Shown here one piece after another: positions 1 through 9,241 of a stretch of DNA of 64,000 nucleotides (position 1 is its first letter; each line of letters opens with the position of its first letter). The stretch lies in assembly GCA_045545235.1 (NCBI GenBank), contig JAZQAN010000064.1:7698-71697 (forward strand), read 5' to 3'. This stretch comes from Clostridia bacterium (GTDB lineage Bacteria > Bacillota > Clostridia > Monoglobales > Firm-18). The position numbers and the translations under genes were made by a program. Under the pieces are notes generated by a model, which was given only the letters and a program-made list of their open reading frames with translations, made no database searches and had not been told where the DNA came from.

Positions 1-1
1 T

Positions 2-319
2 TTGTATTTTGGATTTTATCTTATGGCATGTGCTTTGTTGGCAGTTGGGCTTTTTGTATCAACTTTAACAGAAAGTCAGATTGTTTCGGCTCTTGTGTCA
101 TTTGCTGTTATTTTGTTTTTTGTTTTATCAAATATTTTATCAACAAGAATTAATTCGGTTGTGTTGAAAAAAATATTTGAATGGTTTTCTGTTTTTACAA
201 GGTTTGATAACTTTGTACAGGGTGTTGTTGACGTTTCAACAGTAATATACTTTGTTACGTTTTCTGCACTATTTATATTTTTATCTGTTATGTTTATTCA
301 GAGAAAACGCTGGAACTAG
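2..319 (+). CDS. ABC-2 type transporter permease, C-terminal fragment (5' end outside window)
   Basis: Hydrophobic multi-TM tail that runs in from the window edge. It is followed directly by a GldG-like auxiliary gene, the typical GldF/GldG-type arrangement. Confidence 0.55.
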   Translation: MYFGFYLMACALLAVGLFVSTLTESQIVSALVSFAVILFFVLSNILSTRINSVVLKKIFEWFSVFTRFDNFVQGVVDVSTVIYFVTFSALFIFLSVMFIQRKRWN

Positions 320-331
320 GGAGGAATTAGT

Positions 332-1732
332 ATGAAAAAAATTAATAAAAAATTCGTCTATGGAACCGGTTCAGCAATGATAATTGCAGGTGCATGTATT
401 GTTATAATACTTGTAAATATTCTATCTGCTTTACTTACAGATAAATTTGGTTTGAAATTAGATGTTACTGAAACACGATATCTTGATTTTTCAGATGAGT
501 TTGAGGATTTTGTTGAATCTGTCGACAAAGATGTTAAGGTATATTATCTTGTAAACCCCAACGAAGTTACGCGTGTTGTTGATAAAACAAATGATAAGAA
601 TGTAATCAGCAATGTTGATATTAACAATTATCGGGTTATGATGAAAGAAGTTATTGATAAAATACAAAGGATAAATTCACATATTAAATTTGCAATAATT
701 GATCCTGACCTTAATCCTGATATTGTTAAGGATTTTGGTAGTGTTAAAATTGATGATGTTGTTTTTTTATGCGGTAAAAATATTAATTCATTTAATATGC
801 AAGATATTTTATCCTATGATGATATTGGAAGAAAAACAATTGATTTTGAATCGAAAATAACTTCAATGATTTCGTCTGTTATGAGAGATGCAAAAGCAAA
901 GGTTGCTTTTGTTACAGGTCATGGTGAGGCAGATGTTTCGGATATCAAAAAAGTTTTTGATGATGAAGGTATAACTCATAATGATATAAATATCATTACT
1001 GATGGTATATCTGATGAATATAATGTTTTGTTTATTTATGGTCCTACAACTGATTTTTCCGAAGAGGAAATCAAACGTATTGAAAAATTTCTTGCTTCAG
1101 GAAAAAATATGCAGGTGTATCTGGATAAGTTTTCGGAATGTCCCAATTTTATTGAATATATGAAAACTCTCGGTATTGCTTATAATGATGGTTTTGTTTT
1201 CGATAAGATGAAGGGTAACTATACATTTATAGATAACTCGTATTATATTGTACCTAAAATTTACAAGCATACAATTACTAATTCACTTAAAAATGTTGTG
1301 TTTGTACCGAATACATTAAGTGTTGAGCCGATGTGGGATTCTAAAAACAGTATAGATTGTTCTCATCTTCTTTTTACAGGGGAAAGTGCAGTTCTTACAA
1401 CTAATCCAAATGAAGCGAGAGCTCATTGTCTTGTTGCAATTTCATCAAGAGTAACTGAATCCTCTATAATTTCAAACGTTATTGCTGGGGGAAGCTCACT
1501 TATGTATTCTGATGCTGTTATTAAATATAACAGAGCGTTTCTTTTGAATTCGGTATTGTGGATGGGAAGACCGGAAGAGTCAAACGATTTTTATGCAAAA
1601 GTTGTAAGTAACGAACCACTTCAGCTTACTGAAAATCAAATAAATATGTGGTTTGTAATTTTAGTATTGTTTATTCCGTTTTTAATAATAATTGCGGGGT
1701 TGATTGTTTGGTTTAAGAGGAGATATCTATGA
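332..1732 (+). CDS. GldG-like ABC-transporter auxiliary component (N- and C-terminal TM anchors)
   Basis: SD GGGAGGA lies upstream. There is an N-terminal TM (AMIIAGACIVIILVNIL) and a C-terminal TM (WFVILVLFIPFLIIIAGLIVWF). Size and position after the ABC-2 permease fit this family. Confidence 0.55.
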   Translation: MKKINKKFVYGTGSAMIIAGACIVIILVNILSALLTDKFGLKLDVTETRYLDFSDEFEDFVESVDKDVKVYYLVNPNEVTRVVDKTNDKNVISNVDINNYRVMMKEVIDKIQRINSHIKFAIIDPDLNPDIVKDFGSVKIDDVVFLCGKNINSFNMQDILSYDDIGRKTIDFESKITSMISSVMRDAKAKVAFVTGHGEADVSDIKKVFDDEGITHNDINIITDGISDEYNVLFIYGPTTDFSEEEIKRIEKFLASGKNMQVYLDKFSECPNFIEYMKTLGIAYNDGFVFDKMKGNYTFIDNSYYIVPKIYKHTITNSLKNVVFVPNTLSVEPMWDSKNSIDCSHLLFTGESAVLTTNPNEARAHCLVAISSRVTESSIISNVIAGGSSLMYSDAVIKYNRAFLLNSVLWMGRPEESNDFYAKVVSNEPLQLTENQINMWFVILVLFIPFLIIIAGLIVWFKRRYL

Positions 1733-3060
1733 AATTAAAAACTAATATTATTCTTATTTTAACGGTAATTGTTATACTTTTAGGTGCGATATTTGCACTT
1801 TCGTTTGTAACTGATAAAACTGATGTTAATATAGAAGATATTGCTGAAACTGATACTTCTGTGGTTGTTCTGGATATAAAGGAAGATATTAAAAGTTATA
1901 AGTATACATCTGCCGATGAAGAATTTGAAATTTTAAAAGAAAAATTCTGGTATGTTGAAAACAATGATGATATTGATCTTAATCAGCAAAATGTTTTGAA
2001 AATGTTGGGTGTTATTTCAAAGCTTTCAACAATCAATTTAGTTGAAGAAGATGCAAAAGATTTATCCAAATATGGTTTGGATTCTCCATCTTCAATTATA
2101 GAAGTTACTGATTATAATGATGTAAAATATATAATAAAGACAGGTATGAAAACTTCTACTGATTCGGGTCATTATTCAACAATAAATGATGATAATATGG
2201 TTTTTATAATGTCTGATGAAGATTATCAAATTATTTGTGGCGGACTTGATTCATTAAGAAACAAAGAAGTTGTATCAATTAAAGGTGATATTGTTAGAGT
2301 TTCAATAAAAAATCCGTCAGCAAATATGACTATTGCATACAAAGAATCCGAAAATTTAAATGCAGGAACTTTTACTTCGTGGGAAATGATTACTCCATAT
2401 AAAAAAGATGTTAATAAGTACATTTTTGAAGAAAAGGTTTTAAAGGCATTGAATTTTCAAGCTGAAAATTTTGTTGATGATAAACCTTTAGATTATGGTA
2501 TCTACGGTCTTGATAATCCGGAATGTTGTGTTGAGGTTGTTACAAATGAAAATCATTATATTGTTTATTTTGGAAAAACTTCTGAGGATGGTAGAGTATA
2601 CTTTAAAACACCGGATAATCCTAATGTATATAGTGTAAATAAAGATTTGGTTAAATTTAAAGATTTTACACCTGTATATTTGTTGGAATCACTTGTTTTT
2701 TCAAGAAATATCTCTGCTGTAGACACTATTAAATTTACTGACAAAAAAACATCTGTTATTAAAATAAACAATGAAACTTATACCGTTGATGGTAGTAAGG
2801 TTGATGAAGAAAAGGTAAGAGAGGCTTATCTGGCTATTATTTCACCTGTCATACAAGGAGAGGTAGATGATGATAAAGTTGGAGATGAAATATGCCGTTT
2901 TACATTTGATTATAATACGGACACTCCATCTGAAACGGTTATATACTATCAGTATGAAAAAATGTATGCAGCCGCATCAGTTAACGGTATAATCGAATTT
3001 TATGTAAAAAAATCATATGTTGACGATATGATAAATGCAATAAGTAATTTGTCTGAATAA
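1729..3060 (+). CDS. DUF4340-like protein, single N-terminal TM
   Basis: 4-nt overlap with the upstream gene indicates translational coupling. The N-terminal TM and the position downstream of a GldG-like gene are typical of DUF4340. The call is by synteny, not by motif. Confidence 0.45.
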   Translation: MKLKTNIILILTVIVILLGAIFALSFVTDKTDVNIEDIAETDTSVVVLDIKEDIKSYKYTSADEEFEILKEKFWYVENNDDIDLNQQNVLKMLGVISKLSTINLVEEDAKDLSKYGLDSPSSIIEVTDYNDVKYIIKTGMKTSTDSGHYSTINDDNMVFIMSDEDYQIICGGLDSLRNKEVVSIKGDIVRVSIKNPSANMTIAYKESENLNAGTFTSWEMITPYKKDVNKYIFEEKVLKALNFQAENFVDDKPLDYGIYGLDNPECCVEVVTNENHYIVYFGKTSEDGRVYFKTPDNPNVYSVNKDLVKFKDFTPVYLLESLVFSRNISAVDTIKFTDKKTSVIKINNETYTVDGSKVDEEKVREAYLAIISPVIQGEVDDDKVGDEICRFTFDYNTDTPSETVIYYQYEKMYAAASVNGIIEFYVKKSYVDDMINAISNLSE

Positions 3061-3070
3061 AAGAGGTATT

Positions 3071-4771
3071 ATGAATAATAAAATTTGGGTATATAAAAAT
3101 ATAGACAATAAAATAGTAAGTGATTTGAGGATGAAATATGGTTTTAGCGAGTTATGTTCTGCTGTACTTCATAACCGTATGGAAATTGTTGGTGGTAATG
3201 TTGATAACCTTTTTAAGAGAGTGCTATATAACCTACATAATCCCTTTTTATTAAATGATATGGATCTTGCTGTTGCTCGTATAGAAATGGCAGTTATGAA
3301 AAATGAGAAGATAACCATTTTAGGTGATTACGATGCGGATGGTGTTACCAGCACCAGCATTCTCTATATGTTTTTAAAAGAACAAGGCGCTGATGTTAAT
3401 TATTATATACCCAACAGATTTTCAGACGGATATGGAATGAATAGTGAATTAATTGACAGATTCCATAATGAGGGTATAAATCTGATAATTACCGTTGATA
3501 ATGGTATTTCTGCATATGATGAAGTTAATTATGCAAAATCACTTGGTATGGATGTTGTAATTACGGACCATCACGAGTGTCCTGAAAAATTACCTGAATG
3601 TTGTGCTGTTATAAATCCCAAAAGGAAGGATAGTACATATCCTTTTTCTGAATTAGCCGGAGTTGGTGTTGTATTTAAGCTGATTTCGGCATTAGCCAAA
3701 GAGGGAATAGAAAGAATAATAAAAAAATATATTCTTATAACCGCAATAGGTACAATTGCCGATGTTGTTCCTTTAAATGATGAAAATCGTGCAATTGTAA
3801 TAATGGGTCTTAAAATGACCGCCTGTAATTCAAATCACGGTGTACAGGCACTTTTAAATGTTGTTGGAATTGATGGTGAAGCAACTGTTTCGGATTTTGC
3901 ATTTGGTATAGTACCGCGAATTAATGCCGCTGGCAGACTAAAAGATGCATCCGTGTGTGTCGAACTTTTTTCGTCTAAAGATTATTCTAGATGTTGTCAG
4001 ATTGCTAAAGATATTGATTTATTAAATCAGGAAAGACAAAATGTTGAAAAAGAAATTACGGAATCTGTTTTTAAAATTATAAATGAAAATAAATTATACA
4101 GAGATAATGTTATTGTTGTATATGGTGATGATTGGAATAGCGGAGTTATAGGAATTGTAGCATCTAGAGTTAGCGAAAAATATTATAAGCCGTGTATCAT
4201 TCTTACAAACGATACCGATGACATTGTCAAAGGTTCAGGAAGAAGTGTTTCGGGCTTTGATTTGTATGAAGCTTTAAAAGATTCGACAGATTTACTTTTG
4301 AAATTTGGCGGACACGAATTAGCTGCCGGACTTTCATTAAATAAGAGTAATATTGATAGCTTTATATCTAAAATTAATGAATATGCAAAAACAATATTAA
4401 ATGGTGAAACTTTAATTCAAAAAATATATATTGATTATACTTTAAAGGATTCTTTTTTGAATGTAAATGCTATAGAAAGTATTAAAGTTTTAGAACCTTA
4501 TGGAGTTGGTAATCCAAAACCTGTTTTTGCACTTTTAGATGTTGTTGTAGCAAAAAAACAACTATTATCTGACGGAAAACATTTAAAACTCACTTTAAAG
4601 TGCAATAATACTTTTATTGATGCAATAGGTTTTTCTATGGGAGAATATGACTTGTTAATTCAAGAGGGATATTGCATAGATATTGCCGGTAATCTGGATG
4701 TAAATTCCTATCGTGGAAATAATTATCCACAGATTGTAATTAAGGATATTAAACGAATTAGACAAGTATAA
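3071..4771 (+). CDS. recJ: Single-stranded-DNA-specific exonuclease RecJ
   Basis: DHH family motifs are present: LGDYDADGVTS, ITVDNGI and VITDHHE. The DHHA1 motif GGHELAAG is also present. Confidence 0.9.
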   Translation: MNNKIWVYKNIDNKIVSDLRMKYGFSELCSAVLHNRMEIVGGNVDNLFKRVLYNLHNPFLLNDMDLAVARIEMAVMKNEKITILGDYDADGVTSTSILYMFLKEQGADVNYYIPNRFSDGYGMNSELIDRFHNEGINLIITVDNGISAYDEVNYAKSLGMDVVITDHHECPEKLPECCAVINPKRKDSTYPFSELAGVGVVFKLISALAKEGIERIIKKYILITAIGTIADVVPLNDENRAIVIMGLKMTACNSNHGVQALLNVVGIDGEATVSDFAFGIVPRINAAGRLKDASVCVELFSSKDYSRCCQIAKDIDLLNQERQNVEKEITESVFKIINENKLYRDNVIVVYGDDWNSGVIGIVASRVSEKYYKPCIILTNDTDDIVKGSGRSVSGFDLYEALKDSTDLLLKFGGHELAAGLSLNKSNIDSFISKINEYAKTILNGETLIQKIYIDYTLKDSFLNVNAIESIKVLEPYGVGNPKPVFALLDVVVAKKQLLSDGKHLKLTLKCNNTFIDAIGFSMGEYDLLIQEGYCIDIAGNLDVNSYRGNNYPQIVIKDIKRIRQV

Positions 4772-4792
4772 TTAAGTTGCGAGGTGTTGCTT

Positions 4793-6976
4793 ATGTATGA
4801 TGCAGCTGTTGATTTTGAAAAATTAAAAGAAAATATTGAAAAGTATAATCCAAATAGTAATTTTGAATTTATCAAGATGGCTGCTGATTTTGCGGTTAAC
4901 GCTCATGATGGTCAAAACCGCAAATCAGGAGAACCTTTTGTTATGCATCCATACAGTGTTGCAATTATACTTTCTGAATTGGAAATGGATGACGAAGCTA
5001 TAGTTGCAGGTCTTTTGCACGATACTGTTGAAGATACATCCTGTACTATTAATGATATCAAAGAAAAATTTGGGGAAAATGTTGCTTTGTTGGTTGAAGG
5101 CGTTACCAAACTTGGTAAAATTCCATATAGTACAAAGCAGGAACAACAGGTTGAAAATTTGCGTAAAATGTTCCTTGCAATGGCAAAAGATATTCGTGTT
5201 ATAATTATTAAATTAGCTGACCGCCTTCATAATATGAGAACTTTAAAAAGCATGCCTGAAGACAAGCAACTTGCGAAAGCTCATGAAACTATGGAGGTGT
5301 TTGCTCCATTAGCAAACAGACTTGGTATGCAAAAAGTGAAGTGGGAGCTTGAGGATTTGTCACTGAGATATCTTGATCCAATTGCTTATAAAGAAATTTC
5401 TGATCATATTAACTTAAAACGCGGAGAAAGAATTGAATATCTTGAAAATGTAAAATCTACCCTGCAAGATAAACTTGATGAAATGGGTATTAAAGCAGGT
5501 ATGAGTGGTCGTGCTAAACATTTTTACAGTATATATAAAAAAATGTATACAAATAACATATCAATTGATGAGATATATGATTTACTTGCTGTAAGGGTAA
5601 TCGTAAACAGTATCAACGAGTGTTACGCAGTTCTTGGTATGGTTCATGAAATATATAAACCTATTCCCGGAAGGTTTAAAGATTACATTGCTATGCCCAA
5701 AAAGAATATGTATCAGTCTTTGCATACTTCACTAATTGGGCCGGGTGGCAGACCTTTTGAAGTGCAGATTCGTACTTGGGAAATGCATAAAATAGCTGAG
5801 GTAGGTATTGCTGCACATTGGAAATATAAAGAAGGCGTATCAGGTGCTACTGATATGGATAATAAACTTGAATGGGTTCGTCAGCTTTTAGAGATTCATA
5901 GAGATATGAATGATGCTGAGGATTTTATAAACAATCTTAAAATCGACCTGTTTGAAGATGAGGTTTTTGTTTTTTCCCCAAAAGGTGCAGTTATTAATTT
6001 ACCCAATGGTGCCGGGCCAATTGATTTTGCTTATGCGATTCATAGTGCTATTGGCAACAAAACTGTAGGTGCTAAGGTTAATGGTAAAATTGTTACTTTG
6101 GACCATAAACTTATAAATGGTGATATTGTTGAAATTATAACTTCTTCTAATTCACGTGGACCAAGCCGCGATTGGCTTAAGCTTGTTAAAACAACACAAG
6201 CAAAAAAGAAAATAAATGACTGGTTTAAAAAAGAAAATCGAGAAGACAATATACTCAAAGGAAGAGAAGCACTTGAAAGAGATTTGAAAAAGTTGGGTAT
6301 TCCAATTTCTGTATTAAATGATAAGAAATTTATGGAACCGGTTTGCAAAAAGTTTACATTATCAACTATTGATGATTTACTTTCAACTGTTGGATTTGGC
6401 GGTATTCCTGTGGCAAAAGCTCTTACAAGAATAAAAGACCATTATACAAAAATTCACATTGAACAAAATGATTCTGAAGTGTTAGAGGAACTTGTAAATA
6501 TTTCTTCTGATAAAGTTTCTAAATCAAGTAATGGTATTGTCGTTAAAGGAATAACTAATTGCCTTGTTAAAATATCACATTGTTGCAATCCTGTTCCGGG
6601 AGATGATATAGTTGGCTATATTACTAAAGGACGAGGAGTATCTGTGCACAGGGCTGATTGTATTAATATAACAAACCTTAATGAAATAGATGCTCAACGT
6701 TTTATTGAAGTAAAATGGGTGGAAAATCATACATCAAATTACACATCCGATTTACAAATTATAGCAAATGATAGAAATGGACTTGTTGTTGATGTAATGA
6801 ATACCGTTTCAGCGGCAAAATCTTCACTTAAGGCCATAAACAGCCGTGTTACAAAAGATAATCTTGCAGTAATAAATATTACAGCTATAGTAAGTTCTCA
6901 GGAACAAATAAAAAAACTCATGAGTACATTGCGAAATATTGAAAGTGTAACATCGGTATCAAGATTAAAACACTAA
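4793..6976 (+). CDS. rel: Bifunctional (p)ppGpp synthetase/hydrolase (RelA/SpoT homolog)
   Basis: HD domain (LLHDTVEDT), synthetase motifs (RAKHFYSIYKKM, FKDYIAMPKKNMYQSLHT), a TGS region and a C-terminal ACT-like region. ATG 4793 is preferred over the track GTG 4784 because SD GAGGTG sits 6 nt upstream. Confidence 0.95.
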   Translation: MYDAAVDFEKLKENIEKYNPNSNFEFIKMAADFAVNAHDGQNRKSGEPFVMHPYSVAIILSELEMDDEAIVAGLLHDTVEDTSCTINDIKEKFGENVALLVEGVTKLGKIPYSTKQEQQVENLRKMFLAMAKDIRVIIIKLADRLHNMRTLKSMPEDKQLAKAHETMEVFAPLANRLGMQKVKWELEDLSLRYLDPIAYKEISDHINLKRGERIEYLENVKSTLQDKLDEMGIKAGMSGRAKHFYSIYKKMYTNNISIDEIYDLLAVRVIVNSINECYAVLGMVHEIYKPIPGRFKDYIAMPKKNMYQSLHTSLIGPGGRPFEVQIRTWEMHKIAEVGIAAHWKYKEGVSGATDMDNKLEWVRQLLEIHRDMNDAEDFINNLKIDLFEDEVFVFSPKGAVINLPNGAGPIDFAYAIHSAIGNKTVGAKVNGKIVTLDHKLINGDIVEIITSSNSRGPSRDWLKLVKTTQAKKKINDWFKKENREDNILKGREALERDLKKLGIPISVLNDKKFMEPVCKKFTLSTIDDLLSTVGFGGIPVAKALTRIKDHYTKIHIEQNDSEVLEELVNISSDKVSKSSNGIVVKGITNCLVKISHCCNPVPGDDIVGYITKGRGVSVHRADCINITNLNEIDAQRFIEVKWVENHTSNYTSDLQIIANDRNGLVVDVMNTVSAAKSSLKAINSRVTKDNLAVINITAIVSSQEQIKKLMSTLRNIESVTSVSRLKH

Positions 6977-6988
6977 TAGGTGATTTCT

Positions 6989-7615
6989 ATGATTATAAAA
7001 AGATATGTACTTGGAATATGTCAGACAAATTGTTACCTTATTATTGATGAAAATACAAATGAATGTGCCATTATAGATGTAGGTGAAATCTCTCCTTTAC
7101 TTGAACACGATATTGAGGTAGAAAAGTGTATTGTAAAGTACATTGCCTTTACACACGGACATTTTGATCACATCGGTGGTTTAGAGTATTATAGTTCAAA
7201 ATATGAAAATGCTGTGGTATTAATGCATAAAAACGATGTTGATGCGATAGTTAAAGGGTATGATGTTTTTTCAACATCTATGAATGATATAGAATCAACT
7301 GTAAAAAAGCTAACTTTACATAATGATGGGGATGTTTTTAAATTAGGGGAAATCACTTTGAATATAATTCATACACCTGGACACTCAAAGGGAAGTGTTT
7401 GTATACATTGTGATAATGTTTTGTTTTCAGGTGATACTTTATTTGAACGCTCTGTAGGAAGAACAGATTTTGTTGACGGTAATTTCAATGAACTCGAAAA
7501 GTCAGTTCTTAAGTTGTATACAGTTTTATCAGATGATACAAAAGTCTATCCGGGTCATGGTGATGTAACTTATATAGGTGATGAAAAAAACAGTAATCCG
7601 TTTGTGAGGTTGTAA
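6989..7615 (+). CDS. MBL-fold metallo-hydrolase (glyoxalase II-like)
   Basis: HxHxDH motif FTHGHFDHIGG plus a downstream HTPGHS. ATG 6989 lies 5 nt after SD AGGTGA. Confidence 0.85.
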   Translation: MIIKRYVLGICQTNCYLIIDENTNECAIIDVGEISPLLEHDIEVEKCIVKYIAFTHGHFDHIGGLEYYSSKYENAVVLMHKNDVDAIVKGYDVFSTSMNDIESTVKKLTLHNDGDVFKLGEITLNIIHTPGHSKGSVCIHCDNVLFSGDTLFERSVGRTDFVDGNFNELEKSVLKLYTVLSDDTKVYPGHGDVTYIGDEKNSNPFVRL

Positions 7616-7616
7616 T

Positions 7617-8792
7617 ATGAAAAATCCATGGGGTGATGTAACAGGTATACGTCCTGTGAAAATTGCCAGAACTATGCTAGGGGAAGGAAAAAACGAAGAG
7701 GAATTTATAAATAAATTCACCAATGAATTAAACGTAAGTGATGAAAAAACATACCTTACACTTAATATTGCAATAAGGGAAATGCAAATACTTAGTGGTT
7801 TTGATAAAAACGATATTTGTGTATACATTGGTGTTCCATTTTGTAAGACCAGATGTTTATATTGTTCTTTTGTAACAAATTCAGCTGCAAAAAACAATAA
7901 ATACATGAGACCATTTATTAAAAATTTAAAGAAAGAAATTGAATATACAGCAGAAATTTTAAAGAAAACAAATTTTAGAATTGTTTCCTTATATTTTGGT
8001 GGCGGAACTCCCACTACTCTTTCTGCAATGGATTTGAAGGATATTATTGACAAATGCTATGAATGTTTTGATTTATCTTCAGTTGTTGAGTTTACGGTAG
8101 AGGCAGGAAGACCTGATACAATAGATGCAGAAAAGCTTGAAACATTGAAGAAATGTGGTGTATCAAGAATAAGTATAAATCCACAGTCAATGAATGATAA
8201 TGTTTTAAAAGTGATTGGAAGAGCTCATAGTGTTCAGGATGTATATGAGAGTTTTAAGCTTGCTCGTAAATGTGGATTTGATAATATTAACATGGATCTT
8301 ATAGCAGGTTTGCCAACTGAAACTTTTGATGAATTTAAAAATTCAATTAATCTTGTTACAGAGCTTTCACCTGAGTGCATAACTATTCATACTATGAGTA
8401 TTAAAAGAGGTTCAATTCTACATGAAAAATTAGGTGATTATGCTCTTACTGACGAAAAAAATGTTTCTAAAATGGTTGAGTATTCCATAAATAAATTACA
8501 GGAACTTAAGTATAATCCTTATTATCTGTACAGACAAAAAAATATGGTAGGAGATTATGAAAATATAGGATACTCAAAATATGGAAAAGAGTGTTTATAT
8601 AACATTATGATAATGGAAGAAACGAATAGTATTATATCAATGGGGTGTGGAGGAGTATCTAAAATTGTTAATTTACCCAATGACCGTATTGAACGTGTTT
8701 TTAATGTTAAAGAGGCAAAAGATTATGTTGAACGCATAGATGAAATGTTACATCGCAAAGATATTATATTAGAATGGCTAAATTTGAAGTAA
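7617..8792 (+). CDS. Radical SAM protein, HemN/HemZ-like (oxygen-independent coproporphyrinogen oxidase family)
   Basis: CxxxCxxC motif CKTRCLYCSF, the G-rich SAM motif YFGGGTPT, and a HemN-like C-terminal part. Confidence 0.8.
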   Translation: MKNPWGDVTGIRPVKIARTMLGEGKNEEEFINKFTNELNVSDEKTYLTLNIAIREMQILSGFDKNDICVYIGVPFCKTRCLYCSFVTNSAAKNNKYMRPFIKNLKKEIEYTAEILKKTNFRIVSLYFGGGTPTTLSAMDLKDIIDKCYECFDLSSVVEFTVEAGRPDTIDAEKLETLKKCGVSRISINPQSMNDNVLKVIGRAHSVQDVYESFKLARKCGFDNINMDLIAGLPTETFDEFKNSINLVTELSPECITIHTMSIKRGSILHEKLGDYALTDEKNVSKMVEYSINKLQELKYNPYYLYRQKNMVGDYENIGYSKYGKECLYNIMIMEETNSIISMGCGGVSKIVNLPNDRIERVFNVKEAKDYVERIDEMLHRKDIILEWLNLK

Positions 8793-8838
8793 TTTATTAT
8801 AAATTTAGTATAAATATTAACAAATTTTAAAAATTATG

Positions 8839-8867
8839 TTGACTTTATTGAAAAAATTTAGTATTCT
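8839..8867 (+). promoter_or_regulatory. Putative sigma-A promoter of ptsH (TTGACT-17-TATTCT)
   Basis: The hexamers were read directly and have a 17-nt spacer, about 50 nt upstream of ptsH. Confidence 0.4.
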
Positions 8868-8914
8868 AATATTATATTAAATTATTCCTGTGGTATGAAG
8901 GAGAGATTAAATTT

Positions 8915-9178
8915 ATGTTTTCAAAAGAAGTATTAGTTAGCCATCAGGTTGGTTTACATGCAAGACCTGCAACTTTTTTTATTCAAAAAGCTAACGAATT
9001 CAAATCAAGTATATGGGTAGAAAAAGATGAAAGACGTGTTAACGCCAAAAGCTTGTTGGGTGTACTTTCACTTGGCATAACTAGAGGTGTTAATATTACA
9101 ATTATTGCCGATGGTTCTGATGAAGAACAGGCAGTTGTCGCTTTGGTTGATTTAATTTCTTCTAATTTTGCTGAATAA
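8915..9178 (+). CDS. ptsH: Phosphocarrier protein HPr
   Basis: His15 motif GLHARPAT and the Ser46 regulatory motif NAKSLLGVLSLG. SD GAAGGAGAG lies upstream. Confidence 0.9.
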   Translation: MFSKEVLVSHQVGLHARPATFFIQKANEFKSSIWVEKDERRVNAKSLLGVLSLGITRGVNITIIADGSDEEQAVVALVDLISSNFAE

Positions 9179-9193
9179 AATATAAAATAAGAG

Positions 9194-9224
9194 ATAGTTC
9201 TGTATATGCAGGACTATTTTTTCT
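9194..9224 (+). terminator. Rho-independent terminator of ptsH
   Basis: Stem ATAGTTCTG/CAGGACTAT (one G-U pair) followed by TTTTTTCTTT. The track's uvrC start (9206) lies in the loop of this hairpin. Confidence 0.7.
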
Positions 9225-9241
9225 TTATGGAGTATGAAGTT

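Noticed and set aside
4723-4731. Perfect DnaA box TTATCCACA
   Set aside because: It is a single copy inside the recJ coding sequence. There is no cluster, AT-rich unwinding element or dnaA/dnaN nearby. One chance occurrence is plausible in 64 kb read on both strands.
7529-8053. 174-aa antisense ORF overlapping the MBL hydrolase end and the HemZ-like start; similar long antisense ORFs at 25453..25944 and 59282..59680
   Set aside because: Each is fully embedded antisense in a gene with strong motif support (radical SAM, PFOR, Prs). They have no SD and low-complexity hydrophobic translations.
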